From contig NC_043013.1 in assembly GCF_006345805.1 (NCBI RefSeq), positions 47,120,001 to 47,184,000 of the forward strand: a stretch of 64,000 nt of DNA, written 5' to 3'. A program made the translations under genes and the position numbers. Under the pieces are notes generated by a model. That model did not search any database. It saw nothing but the letters and a program-made list of their open reading frames with translations, and was not told where the DNA came from. This DNA is from Octopus sinensis. Taxonomy: Eukaryota. Positions 39,499 through 52,368 of the stretch are shown here, piece by piece; position 1 is the stretch's first letter, and each line of letters begins with the position of its first letter.

Positions 39499-40764
39499 TT
39501 TGCTTTCTTCTTTCTTATTTGTGTGTCCCTCCATACTAACGTTCAGCCATTTTGTATTTTGTATTCCTATTGCATGTGTATTCATTTGCGCATGCGCACA
39601 CACACATATCTACTTATATAAGTCACAAAATAAGTTCTAATTTTTATGTTTCTTTCTTTCTGATAAGCGAAATAATATATTTTGTCAAACTAACGATTAT
39701 GGATAAAATATTTTATTTAGTCTTATGATCATCTTTGGGTATTTTTCCTAAATGACCGGACAGTTTGGAATTCTGTGTGTGTGTGTGTCTCAATGTGTCT
39801 TTGTGTGTGTGTGTGTGAATGTTTCAGTGTGTCTTTGTGTGTGTGTGTGTGAGTGTGAGTAAGTGTGTGATTATTAATAAATATTCAAGGTTTGCCCCAC
39901 CTATCTTCCTTGATCAGATTTATTCTTCATGGTGTTACTGCGATTAATTTCTTGGCTCACATTATAACTTCTCTTTTTGTACATTACAATAGCTGGGTAA
40001 TTGTTAATTTTTGGTTACAAGCATATCGTTAATTTTGCTGTGAGTTCAATTCTTCTAAGCAGCACACAACAGTCTCTATGGGTGCTAACATCTAACCACA
40101 GAGTGAATATTCACAAATGATGCTTGTATGATTTAACTGAAAAAAATCCGAACATATAGTTAAAATTTTCTTTTAATGCTTAATATACATAACATTGGAG
40201 CACTTAAGCCGCAGCTAATACTACCTAAGACCATAAAGTACATAGATCTTACTTCATCTGGGTTCAGAAATAGATTCTCAAAAATACTTATTCTTCAAAT
40301 ACTGAAAAGAGACTTAAACTCACTTTTCAATTTTCGGTGCAATTTTCCTTCATTTTAAGACATAATTATCGCAGTTAAATTATCGAATACATATAAAGAC
40401 AATAAAATTGCTGTAAAGATATTTTAAGTGGTTTAATGTTTTAATAACTTCGATATAATATTGTAGATGAGAGGATTCTTCCTATCTTTTATTACCATAA
40501 ATGCTTCTAATGTTGATATGCACGAATATGATGTGGAAACAAACAACACTTTGGATAAGATTTTCTAGAACTATTGATTTCAAGTAATATTTCGGGTCAG
40601 AATCATGTGGTTACGTATCAAGGAAACTTTACGATTATCAAACTAAAAAAAACTGGAAATAAAAAATAAATGACAGAAGTCAAAAAGTACACGTTGTCTT
40701 CCAAAATATAATAGTGTGTGTTTGCGTGTATGTGTGTCTATGTATATATATATATATATATATG

Positions 40765-40807
<43 letters not shown>

Positions 40808-40814
40808 ATATATC

Positions 40815-40855
<41 letters not shown>

Positions 40856-42189
40856 TATATATGTATATATATATATATACATATATACATATACATATAT
40901 ACATATATATAAATATACACACATATATATACACATATATACGGCAACAATTTATGTATGTATATATGTATATATATATATATGTATATGTACGTATATA
41001 TGTGTATATATATATATATACATATATACACACATACATATATATAAATATATTCATTTATGCATACATTACTTTACACTGTGTCTGTGTCCGCTGAACA
41101 TATATATCCCCTTCGCACACTAATTTAGTAGATTGGTAGATCATTTTCTTCGGTCAATTATGTAGTCGTACATACGTACACACACTCTCTCACACACACA
41201 CACAAACATACACCCACACACACATACACACATACACACACACACATGCACACACACGCACAAACACATAAATATCTTTAAAATAATCAGGTTTAATGGG
41301 TTATATGCATTTATTAACCTGTTGTAGTCTTTGAGCTGTTTCATATATGCATCTAGGTGCGTCTATTTTTCAGTTTTATCAATCGAACAATTCATTAATT
41401 CAGAATACTTTGAGAACGACCCTTGCACTGATTTGTTCCTCGGAGCAGAAACAGAACAGTTGGTAAAGAAAAAGGAGAAAAGAAAGAAAAACATGGAATT
41501 TGGTCAGTGTGGTTGTTATACAAAATTTGGTCGCCTGTTTCTAGCCATCATCCATAAGATATTGTTCTTTCTTAGAGCGGGTGAATTCGTATTGATATCC
41601 GTTAAGAAATTTCATGCCCCACAACTCCTTGATGTTTGGTGGCAGGCAAATAAACAAACAACATGACGTGTAGACACAGAAGGTCCCTAATTCTTCATCG
41701 GTTATGAACCAAATGATAAAAAAATAATATTGTTTCTAGCTTGTTGGGTTTTCTGGTGGTGGTCTGGTACTTTTTATGTCTGCTATTTCAGTACAATTCT
41801 ACGCATGCTTGAAACATCAGATGAAATTGAAACACTAGGAGAGTTTAGAATTTTGAAAGCGGGTAAGTGATGAGCGTGCGAGGTGATGGAAGGGGCACTG
41901 AGTGTTTCTTTAAGAAAAATTAAACTTAACAAAAATATATTTCCCAGATTCGTAATCTCTGTATCTTTCTATGTGGAAAAAAGAAAAGAAAAAATTCGAA
42001 AACGTTACAAATTAAGAAATTGCGGTGTGAACAGAGGGAAATTAAAATTTTGAAAACGGTATTTCTGGGCAAAATCGTATTAATCCCCTCTTAAACAATG
42101 AAACAGTACATAGTTTGTGATCCTTCTTAAGAACAGAAAGCACTTTCATGAAAACCCATGCAAATTGTACCCTCTCCGCTTCACTTCTA

Positions 42190-42373
42190 AACAAACTGGA
42201 TCTCTTCTCTCGGCAGGAATCACAGATGCGAGCATCGGCATCGAACTCCCTTGTTGATCAAGTGCCACGTATCAAAGGTGGTTTCACATACTAGTGTAGT
42301 TCATTTAACGGTGGTGCCCCAGCATGGCCGCAGCCTTAAGGCTGAAACATTTTTAAGGATTTAAGGATTTAAG
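42190..42373 (+). mobile_element. CR1-group LINE extreme 3' end
   Basis: KLDLF/SRQESQMRASASNSLVDQ; tail GGTGGTGCCCCAGCATGGCCGCAGCCTTAAGGCTGAAAC then (TTTAAGGA)n. Confidence 0.75.
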
Positions 42374-42469
42374 CAAACAATAACTTCCATTACGCCAGTA
42401 ATCCAGTTCACTATATATCAGCTGTAGATCATAACACCTTGGCAACGCTGGGATGCATTACTAGTATAA

Positions 42470-42710
42470 TCTATTATATAAAATCCGTTATGTCCGTCTA
42501 TGTGTGTGTCGTCTAGGATCTCGGGCATCCTCCATCTGATTGCGCTTAAATTTGATATGTAGATACCGACGGTATCAGGGCGTGTATAAGTCTTGAAAAA
42601 GTTACAAAAGTCGATTCCTGGTGAGAATGCAATCAATAAAGCCGTTGGAATGTGCCTTTGTACGCGCAAGTACATCAGTCGAAATCCGTCATTTGCTGGT
42701 GTCTCAAATT
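42470..42710 (+). mobile_element. Helitron-like 5' fragment, preceded by a Helitron 3' end (42437-42464)
   Basis: A|TCTATTATATAAA..GTCCGTCTATGTGTGTGTC; upstream GGCAACGCTGGG..CTAG|T. Confidence 0.5.
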
Positions 42711-43235
42711 TAGGTTAAATCAGTGTTTCTCAAAGGGGAGGCCTATGGGACGGTCGGACAAGTTGTTTTGAGAAAATTTAGTTTGACAACTCAGCACCGT
42801 CCATTGGAGGGCGGACGTTTTGCTCGTATGATATAAGTGGAAAGAAACTCAGAGAGGGCGTAACAGCAGGTGGTCCTCAGAGGAGAAACCCTCTTTAGAC
42901 AAGTGCTTCGGCCCTTAACTCCTGACACTCTAGGGGTCGGGCCACATCCGAGTCATGACTCCTGTTTGTCCACCTGCTGTCCGTTTTAGTACGCCTTAGG
43001 TGGGATTGGTTTCTCTGGTTTCTAGCAGTGCTGTAAAGTGTGCTGCGGCCTTGAGAAGGGCTAAGTCCAATACAATATAATATAATGCATAATATGATGT
43101 AATATAATATATATCAGGATGTAATATGATATAATATCCCTGTGTCTTGCGAGAAGAATGGATTTTGCTCCCTTGCTTAGTAACAGAAATAATGTGTCCG
43201 AGACGGAAGTTCAGACTTGGTAACTATATAACCAG

Positions 43236-43458
43236 ACTCTCTTTACTCTTTTACTTGTTTCAGTCATTTGACTGCAGCCATGCTGGAGCACCGCCTTTAG
43301 TTGAGCAAATCGACCCCGGGACTTATTCTTTGTAAGCCTAGTACTTATTCTATCGGTCTCTTTTTGCCGAACCGCTAGGTGACGGGGACGTAAACACACC
43401 AGCATCGGTTGTTAAGCAATGCTAGGGGGACAAACACAGACACACAAACACACACACC

Positions 43459-43502
<44 letters not shown>

Positions 43503-43668
43503 TACGACAGGCTTCTTTCAGTTTCCGTCTACCAAATCCACTCACAAGGCATTGGTCGGCCCGGGGCTGTAGCAGAAGACACTTGCCCAAGGTGCCACGC
43601 AGTGGGACTGAACCCGGAACCATGTGGTTGGTTAGCAAGCTACTTACCACACAGCCACTCCCGCGCCT
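43236..43668 (-). mobile_element. SINE family A, full length, young
   Basis: Very close to 2321-2749. Confidence 0.93.
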
Positions 43669-43799
43669 ATGGGATTGGGATAAAATTAAAATCCTTTCCT
43701 TGGTTTTGCTGGTGTGGTCCGTTATAGTGCTAATCTGCGTGAGGGAAACAGTGATGTGTTAATCCAAGATAGATTAAGTGTTCCATATCGGATTAAGTT

Positions 43800-44000
43800 G
43801 CCAGTACACTGAGTGCATCGGTAAACAGTGCTTTGCAGTGTTCATTCTTACTCTTCGTGATCTAAGTTCAAATCCGGTCGCTGTCATTTTAGGCTTTATC
43901 CTTTTGGGGGTAAATAAGGTATCGATCAATTCGATGGTATCAACTAACCTCCCATCCTCAAAATTGATGGCCTTGTACATAAATAAAGAAATTGTAGTTA
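43800..44000 (+). mobile_element. SINE family B, old degenerate copy
   Basis: AGTTCAAATCC, GGCTTTATCCTTTTGGGGG, AAAATTGATGGCCTTGT. Confidence 0.6.
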
Positions 44001-44072
44001 CATGTTTTTCCTCCACCAGTTTTATTTTCTCCAAGACATTGACATTTTTTTTTTAATATTGGAGATGTGTAA

Positions 44073-44292
44073 GGCGGCGAGCTGGCAGAATCGTTAGCAC
44101 GCCGGGCGAAAATGCTTAGCGGAATTTCGTGTCTTTCCGTTCTGAGTTCAAATTCCGCCGAGGTCGACTTTGTCTTTCATCCTTTCCAGTTAGATAAATA
44201 AAGTACCAGTTGCGTACTGAGGTCGATTTGATCGACTGGCCCCCACCTCCCCAAAAAGTTCGGGCCTTGTACTTAGAGAACAAAAGACTATT
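44073..44292 (+). mobile_element. SINE family B monomer, tail 2
   Basis: Complete head GGCGGCGAGCTGGCAGAATCGTTAGCACGCCGGGCG; tail CGGGCCTTGTACTTAGAG. Confidence 0.88.
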
Positions 44293-45707
44293 GGATAGGT
44301 TTTTATCTGGACGTAAGTCTCGTATTATGCAGACAAGTCAAGTTTCTGACCTTTCTGCTTAGTAGCTAAATGATTATATATGTGCGTGTGCGCATGCGTG
44401 GGCTGTGCGTGTATGGAGATCGGTAGCTATGCAGAAAAACACACGGACACATTCAAACACATAAACACATGAATAGACACAAACATATATACACATATGC
44501 ATGTATAATGAATATAATATGTGTGCGTGTGTGTGTACATTTATACATTTCTGTGTTTTTACGGGTAAGTGTATGTATGTACGCATGTAAGTATTGTGTG
44601 TATATATGTATATATATATATTCGAGTATGTATGAATGTATTTGTGCATGCATGTGTGCGTGATTGCGCATGTGTCTTTATGCATGGATGCATGTATGTA
44701 TAGAAATATAAGTTTAAATATTTGTAAAGGTTTCGATCAGTTTAATCTCTTCAAATAGTCAGTAAAAATATTTATGTTGCTTGAAAAAGTAGTTTAGTAC
44801 AAAATAGAAAGTGTGTGGATATGCGCGTGTGTGTAGTTATGTGTGCGTGTATAAATATTTATACTTATCTTTAAATGAGTGCTTGTGTGTGTATGTGTGT
44901 GTATTGTAGTATACATTTATATATATATATATAAGATAAAGAGATAAGAGAGAGAGAGAGAGAGATAAAAGAGAGAGGGATGGAAGGAGATTATATATGT
45001 TAACTGAAAGTATTCATATATATGTAGTTATGGTGTAAATATGTGTTTGTATTTTCAAGTGAGAAGGAATATGTGTTTTGTGTAAGTAAACGCCATTATC
45101 TGTGTGAACGTTATTGTCAGCTCACATAAATATAGTTCTGACAAGTAACGCATTTGTAATGCATCAAATGTGAAAGAGAAACAAAACAAGGTAACTGATG
45201 TTGTTAACAAGAAAAAAGAAAACCGACTGCCATATTTGCCATGCAAGTAAGCTACACAATCACTCTGTGCTAAATGAAGATACAAAAGACTTGCCTGTGG
45301 GCAGAAAACGGATTATTATGATACGTTTATATATACTTTATTTCAGAATCTGGTACTCTAAGTATCTACAGGTTTGACTTATATTTTTAAAAATTTTATG
45401 TCAAGAGAATAAAATTCGTTGACATTACATTTGTTGATGTTACATTTGTCGATGCAATATTTATTCATTTAGTGACCAGATTTTCCGAAAATAATACTAT
45501 ACGTTTGAAAAGAAATTATATTTAAGTATAAGAATAGAGTTTTCGGGGATTCGATGTATATAATTAGCTCTAAGCGTGGGTTTGTGTGAATATTTCATGT
45601 AGCTTATATTTCTGAATCTTAAAGTAAAAAAAAAAAAAAATCCATAGTTTAATGTATGATTTAAATGGCGACTAACTATCCATTTAGAATCTGAGAAGAT
45701 CTGTTAT

Positions 45708-45902
45708 TTGTTGTTGTTTGAACATTGATTGGCCCTGACCGTGCTGATCCGCACTGAAATATATTCGAATCTTGATCCATCAGTCTCTGTATTCTGTATC
45801 GAGGACTACACAATCCTTTGTGTCCCTTATAAAACGGCTAGGATGTGACTTGAGGGAAAATTGGCAGCTAATTTTAGCAAATCGAGAGACTTCATAGACG
45901 TT
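45708..45902 (-). mobile_element. Old interspersed repeat family E (also about 1530-1578 and 27223-27274)
   Basis: Shared motif GCTAGAAACAACAGCTAAATCTCCCTCAAATCAC-like. Confidence 0.45.
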
Positions 45903-46194
45903 TGCTCCTTTATTTTATGTAATATTTATTACTTTGGTATTACAGTGTATCCTCAGCCATATTATTTCTACGATGGTTACAAAACTATATCACGTGATAG
46001 TTGTAGTTTAACAAGTTCTTTTTAACATATAAGAAAATTAGGGTATATCATGTTGGAGATTTCTGAAAAGACCCAAGGATATAGTAGAAATTACTTTCCC
46101 AAAGTATCCCACCGTTGGACTGAACCCGGAACTATATCGTTGAGAAACTAACACCTTACCATACAGCTATGCGCCTGTAAAATTTGCGGGAGGC

Positions 46195-46265
46195 TGCCGT
46201 GTCCAGGATTTGAACCTAGTTTACCATGGCCACAAGTGGAGTCTTAACAAATAAACGATCGTCAG
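46195..46265 (-). pseudogene. tRNA-His(GTG) pseudogene or tRNA-His-derived relic
   Basis: Minus GATCGTTTATTTGTTAAGACTCCACTTGTGGCCATGGTAAACTAGGTTCAAATCCTGGACACGGCA aligns by eye to metazoan tRNA-His; acceptor 5' strand and anticodon stem damaged. Confidence 0.65.
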
Positions 46266-46430
46266 AATTAAACGAAATTACATATACTCATGTTGATCAA
46301 AATAAGACCAGTCCACTTGAACTGAATGTGCTTATGCAGCTTATGAAACTATCTAGTTGAATCATAGACATGAGACATGGCACACAATTAGGCTATATGT
46401 ATTACAACTGAATTAAATATCATATTGACT

Positions 46431-46820
46431 GGATGGAAGCATTCCGTCGGTTACGACGATGAGGGTTCCGGTTGATCCGAATCAACGGAACAGCCTGCTC
46501 GTGAAATTAACGTGTAAGTGGCTGAGCACTCCACAGACACGTGCACCCTTAACGTAGTTCTCGGGGATATTCAGCGTGACACAGAGAGTGACAAGGCCGG
46601 CCCCTTGAAATACAGGTACAACAGAAACAGGAAGTAAGAGTGAGAGAAAGTTGTGGTGAAAGAGTACAGCAGGGATCACCACCATCCCCTGCCGGAGCCT
46701 CGTGGAGCTTTTTAGGTGTTTTCGCTCAATAAACACTCACAACTCCCGGACTGGGAATCGAAACCGCGATCCTATGACCGCGAGTCCGCTGCCCTAACTA
46801 CTGGGCCATTGCGCCTCCAC
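46431..46820 (-). mobile_element. SINE family C (tRNA-derived) with tail X and 12-bp TSD
   Basis: Head GTGGAGGCGCAATGGCCCAGTAGTTAGG..GGTTTCGATTCCC; TSD ATCATATTGACT at 46419-46430 and 46821-46832. Confidence 0.93.
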
Positions 46821-48499
46821 ATCATATTGACTAATGGGTCAGGGTTCATTGATAATAACGTCAGGATTTGATTTATAGATCATCATAGACAGTTCAATCT
46901 CTGCCAGGGATAACATTTTACATTTTAATAAATGGAGACTCTAATATACCTTGGGTACCAGGGTATTGCACAAATATTACTACATCTAACACACTTCTCA
47001 GGAAATTTCAGTATCACAGCATGTGAGAGAAGGTGGCCTATTTAAATACGAGTACAACCCATCCATTGGATCTCGATGCAGTTTCCGTCTAAGCAGAATT
47101 ATTTACGAGGCTTTGATCGATAAGATACTAGAGTAAAATGTATATGCTTTGGGCGCTACTCAGTGAGTTCAAGTCCTGATCGTTTAGTATTTATAAGGTC
47201 AGTCCTCTCAAGTATCTTGAACACAACGAGACTCAGTGGCATTGAATCTGGTGTTTTATCTTCATTGATTTACACTCTAATATTCTGGGTGTTTCAGACG
47301 TTGTTACAGACTTGTTCTTCTACATTTCGAGTATATTTCTTATAATAAAAGAATTTAAACTTGTACATAGCCTTGTAGTGATTTAGTAATGTAATATGTA
47401 CAATTGATTTTTTTTCTATCCTTGGTAAAATATGACTCAATTTATGAGAGGCATAGCAGAAGGAAAACTTTTCTTTGTATTTGACTGGTACTAGGCTAGT
47501 ATACCACTTTTTGTTTAATATGCAAATGAGCTGTGTTTAATACAATTTTCTTCGCGTATTTAATAAGTAGCCTTCAAATACCTTATTTTGGCAGGTTAGA
47601 AAGAAGATGTAAACAAACTCTTCTGCGTTGTCGAACAAGAACGAAACTTATTGGCTAGGCTAGACATACGCCTCAAGATATTGAGAAGACATCTGTGGCT
47701 TAACTCTCTAGAGAAACTGAGTTATAAGGATGTAATTCATAACTCACATTGGATTGTTACTCTATCAGTCATACATCAATCAATATCACGTTATGATAGC
47801 TACAGCTAATTGCAAGCTGATTAATCTAAATATAGTAGTCCTCACAATAGCTTGAGAGCAAACCGGTTCGTGGCAGACAAGAGCCAAAACGAATGCTTTT
47901 TACTGATCGATGCAAAGCAAATAGATCTCTATCAATTTTGTTTCTACAGGTTACGAAAGGGGAGACAGATATTGCTCTAGGCTATCTGAAAATGAAAATA
48001 ATAATAATAATAATAAAATACGATGAATAAAAGAATAAAAAAATCAAAAATATATATTTAAAAAAACACATATCAAAATGGAAACGCCAGCAAATAAACG
48101 CCTGGATCAACGATTTGGTTGATAGCGATTATCCTGGCTCAGACAACACTTCTTAACTAACTGGCAGCATCAAACATCATTTAGATGAGCAGAAGGAGTG
48201 ATAACATGATTTAATTTGTTAATTACACGGAAATGGAAAAGCCGTTCATTCGATGGTTGTGTAACGAACCAGTGAATATCTTCTCTGGACCTTTTGGGGG
48301 TGCGAGAAGCAATCACTTTCCGTTGCTTTAATAATCCAGAATTCTACCCGTCAGAAACAAACAAGACGCAAACGTAAATAATATATATCTACTTTATTCT
48401 CTTATGTGGTAACAGATAATTGGTGTATCTGGCATTCCTTTGGTATAGATGTGTCTCAGCTGAACCTTATCGCTGTAAAATAAGAAAGTATTCAAATGC

Positions 48500-48860
48500 A
48501 AAACGACACTTGTCAAAGATGGCGTCCGGAGAAAGGAAGATGATGTAGTCTGCAACAATTTGGTTAAAAGCTTTCGGTAAAGGCTGCTGCTAGAATCAAA
48601 TTCGGACAGAGAGAATATACGTGTTGTACCTTCGATAGCCATGTCTCAAGTCGCCGCTGACTGCTGCTAGTGGTCAAACGTTCTACGATCCCCTTGCCTC
48701 GGCTAACTGCCACGTAGGCAAAAGGGTTCTTCTTCCGCATGCGCGAGAGGGCCCTTCCTCTCTCTGCCTTGGTGAAGGCACCAACACGCGCGAAATAGAA
48801 AATGGACGGTGCCCGCGCGCGCCGCTGTACATGATCACCACAGTTGCCTTCGGTGGATGC
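48500..48860. promoter_or_regulatory. CpG-rich promoter-like island
   Basis: AAGATGGCG (YY1-like, 48516), CGCATGCGC (NRF1-like, 48736), CGCGCGAAA (E2F-like, 48787) in unique sequence. Confidence 0.3.
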
Positions 48861-49232
48861 CTAGAAGGATGAAACTGATGTTTCGTTGTTTTGTGGTGTT
48901 AATCCATGGATGACCATGTACGCACATAACCAAACGTTCCGCTCATATCAGTCCGGTATTTTGTTTCTATCTATAACTACATGATACGATGTCTTTTATC
49001 AAGTTGGTAAGGTGGAATCCGAGAAATTATTGCTGCGGTTTGTTGTAGTTTGAGAAATGTCACAAGAATTCAAAGCTACATCAAATAGAAAGGGATCAAG
49101 AGACAGACATCCATAAGCTGGTAACTTTATGAGACATATTCTGTTGTGTCTGGGGAGAGTCATTTTCTTTTTGTGCCTTATTATTCAACACACTCACCGG
49201 TAAAATTTCCATTTATTTCTTATTTTTACTTT

Positions 49233-49272
49233 CCTAAAATTTTCGTTGTGCCTTGCAACCTTTTCAATAGTC
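49233..49272 (-). ncRNA. Minimal hammerhead-like motif with U3-A8 variant core (Penelope-like relic, about 49145-49290)
   Basis: CTA-TTGAAAA-G-GTTG CAAGGCA CAAC-GAAA-ATTT-TAG; AATAAA downstream. Confidence 0.45.
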
Positions 49273-49964
49273 TTGACTCTGTCCATTATTTACACCGCGT
49301 TGCCTTTGTTTGTTTGTGCGCATGGGTGTATGTCAGTGTGTGTGTGTGTGCCTATACATGCATGCATGTACGTATGTATGTGTATGTGTGCTTGCATGTG
49401 TATGTATGTATATATGTGTGTATATGCATATGTATATATGTATGTATGTGTGTGCATATGTATGTACGTATCCTGCATATTTATGTGCTTGCCTGTCCGT
49501 GTTTGTGTATTTTCCATGTATGTGTGTGTGAGCATGTGTTTGTATATATATGCACCTCTGTCTCCTTGTGTGTGCATATCTGTGTGTGCGTGCGCGCGCG
49601 CGTGTGTGTGTGTGTGTGCGTGTTATATTGTTTTAGTCGCTGCTGAAAGTTTTAATGATGTCGAAGTCAACAAATTCACATTCGCTGAAGATCTTATGGA
49701 GAATTTGATCCTCAGTGTGAAAAACGATGTGCCCCAAATTGTTGCTCTTGTTGTGTAACCTCAGTTCAGCTCCGAACGAGCAGGGCATATGGCATGGGTG
49801 AAATCAGTTGAAAGACGAAGCGTGACTGGGGGAGATGAATATATTTATCCGCCCACCTGAGGATCATACTACACAATCCAGTACGCAAGGATGAATCATG
49901 AAATGATATATACAGGAAGTAGTTGACAGGATAGCACAAATCAATAATAGGTTAACATTTTAAG

Positions 49965-50305
49965 TGGTAAGCTGTCATAATCATTAGCACGCCGGGTAAA
50001 ATGCTTAGTGGTATTTCGTCTGTCGTTACGTTCTGAGTTCAAATTCCGCCGAGGTCGACTTTGCCTTTCATCCTTTTGGGGTCGATAAATTAAGTACCAG
50101 TTACGCACTGGGGTTGATGTGATCGACTTAATCCCTTTCTTTGTCCTTGTTTGTCCTCTCTGTGTTTAGCCCCTTGTGGGTAGTAAAGAAATAGGTATTT
50201 CGTCTGTCATCGGGGTCGATGAATAAGTACCAGTTGAGCACTGAGGTTGATTTAATCAACTTTCCTCCTCCCATGAAATTGCTAGCCTTGTGTCAGATTT
50301 GAACT
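49965..50305 (+). mobile_element. SINE family B dimer (tail-1 unit plus deleted tail-3 unit)
   Basis: Junction AAAGAAATA|GGTATTTCGTC near 50193. Confidence 0.88.
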
Positions 50306-50852
50306 CAGTAAAGAGATAAATATTGAAATGTCTAGTGAACAACAATCAGCTTGAGACCCTCACAGTTCAAGATTAATAATCTTGGTTCAACTGATCGAAA
50401 TTCGAAACTGATGGTACATTTATGGAACCCTACAATATGAAGGTGATACATGCATGTGTAATTCTAATGGCAGTAATAATGATGACATCCACGGTTGCAT
50501 CTCTCCTGACTCTTTTGTGTTATTTTTTAATTGTCTCCATCATCTCTAACATACAAGCTCCATTCCCACATAGTCGCCAAGTCGGTTTCTTCGCAGAAAA
50601 ACCCTCACATCCTCGGGGTTGACTAAGCTTTTACTCAACACACCCTCATCGTATTCTTATCGTGATTCATCGTCCCTCTCGCTAAGCGTTAATCACGACG
50701 ATATAGTACTTTGAGGTGTAGCCAACATGGGGGGAAGCCTACATAGGAGCATCCTCATCACCTAACTCAAGCACTTTAACATCAGTCAACTGATTATGGC
50801 CACAATTTTGTTGCAGCTTATCTTTGCCACTATTTCGACGTGAGCCACTTAC

Positions 50853-50939
50853 CCACACCAAGGAACTCTCGGATACGCTGAATGTAGTTAATGTGGAATA
50901 TCTCCATAAACTTGATGTCACAAGTGTACGTCACCAAAG
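50853..50939 (-). other. Candidate 87-nt exon (phase 1-1)
   Basis: CCTTTATGTCTGTATAG| ... |GTAAGT; one open frame LVTYTCDIKFMEIFHINYIQRIREFLGV; no homolog recognised. Confidence 0.25.
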
Positions 50940-51218
50940 CTATACAGACATAAAGGTGGTGTTGAAACGGATTGCTTGGTATACGGTGACCTTTATGAAT
51001 GAATGATTTTCATTCTGAAAGACAATGAGCCAAAGTCTCCTGGAAGAAGCCGATACCTATTAAATACAACCCTGTATCTCACTGTGATTGATGCCATTCT
51101 CAGAGAAAGCTTTTCAGATACCTAAAAGATGGCACTGCTAACACCTGTTCGTCACAAACATTCAAAAGCAAACATAGTAAGCATTACATTGGTTCGCAAC
51201 TCTCTTGGTAAAAGTGGC

Positions 51219-51670
51219 TTCAAATTTTGGCTCTAGACCCGCAATTTCGGCGAAAGGAGTAAGTCCATCACATCGTCGCTAATGATCTATTGGTATTTAT
51301 TTTATAGACCCCGAAAGGATGAATGGCAAAGTCGACCTCGGCGGAATTCGAACTCAGAACGTAGCGGCAGACGAAATACCTATTTCTTTACTACCCACAA
51401 GGGGCTCAACACAGAGAGGACAAACAAGGACAGACAAACGGATTAAGTCGATTATATCGACCCCAGTGCGTAACTGGTACTTAATTCATCGACCCCGAAA
51501 GGATGAAAAGCAAAGTCGACCTCAGCAGAATTTAAGCTCATAATGTAGCGTCAGACGAAATGCCGCTAAGCATTTCGCCCGGCGTGCAAACGTTTCTGCC
51601 AGCTCGCCGCCTTTTGTAGCGGCAGACGAAATACCACGAAGCATTTTGTGACGATTCTGCCAGTTCGGCA
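51219..51670 (-). mobile_element. SINE family B dimer plus an extra partial head (51615-51670)
   Basis: Junction near 51380; tail 3 at 51219-51270. Confidence 0.85.
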
Positions 51671-52057
51671 CTATAACTCTTTTATAATCACTTTTTTAAT
51701 TCGAATTCTGCAAAGGACGACTTTGCCTTTCATCCTTTCGGGATTGATAAAATAAATATCAGTTGAGCATTGGGGATCTATGTAATCATGCATACGTAAT
51801 TCATCAGCATTTAGGTGGGGCAGTTGTAGCTCCACGGGTTGGGGAAATGCATTTGACAGACGGCTTGGTCACTATCATATAATGATTAGTCCAAGTGCTG
51901 ACTTTTGGATTTATGATAACATATAAAGACATATTCATCAGGGGGTAGGAAACTAATTGTATTACCTGAGTAATTTGCGTGCGTGCGTGTGTATGTATGT
52001 GTGTGTATGTCTGGGTGTGCATGTGTATGCATGTGTTCATGTGTGTGTGTGTGTGTG

Positions 52058-52092
<35 letters not shown>

Positions 52093-52368
52093 TATGTTTG
52101 CATACCAAAGGTATAAGTCATACACCTGTTACAAATAGTTGGTAAATTTGTTAGCAAAAGCATATTACTCTCTTTCCTTCTATTTTCACATTTCAGCTGG
52201 GAATAAATGCCAGTCTTATTTCATTGATGAGCGCTTACTAGAATCGTATCAAGACTTTTGTCTTTCAATGAAGTTACATATTTCACATTTAATACAGACC
52301 TAATAATTCATCTGTTTCACCTAAATTTATTTCAAACTGGTTCTCGAACCTGAATTTTGTGTATTCTG

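Noticed and set aside
46745-46820. tRNA genes at SINE heads
   Set aside because: A and B boxes are present but run directly into SINE bodies, with TSDs around the whole element
49637-49758. Plus-strand terminal exon AAESFNDVEVNKFTFAEDL..
   Set aside because: An acceptor is present, but no upstream partner or recognisable homology; the ORF's length comes from microsatellite
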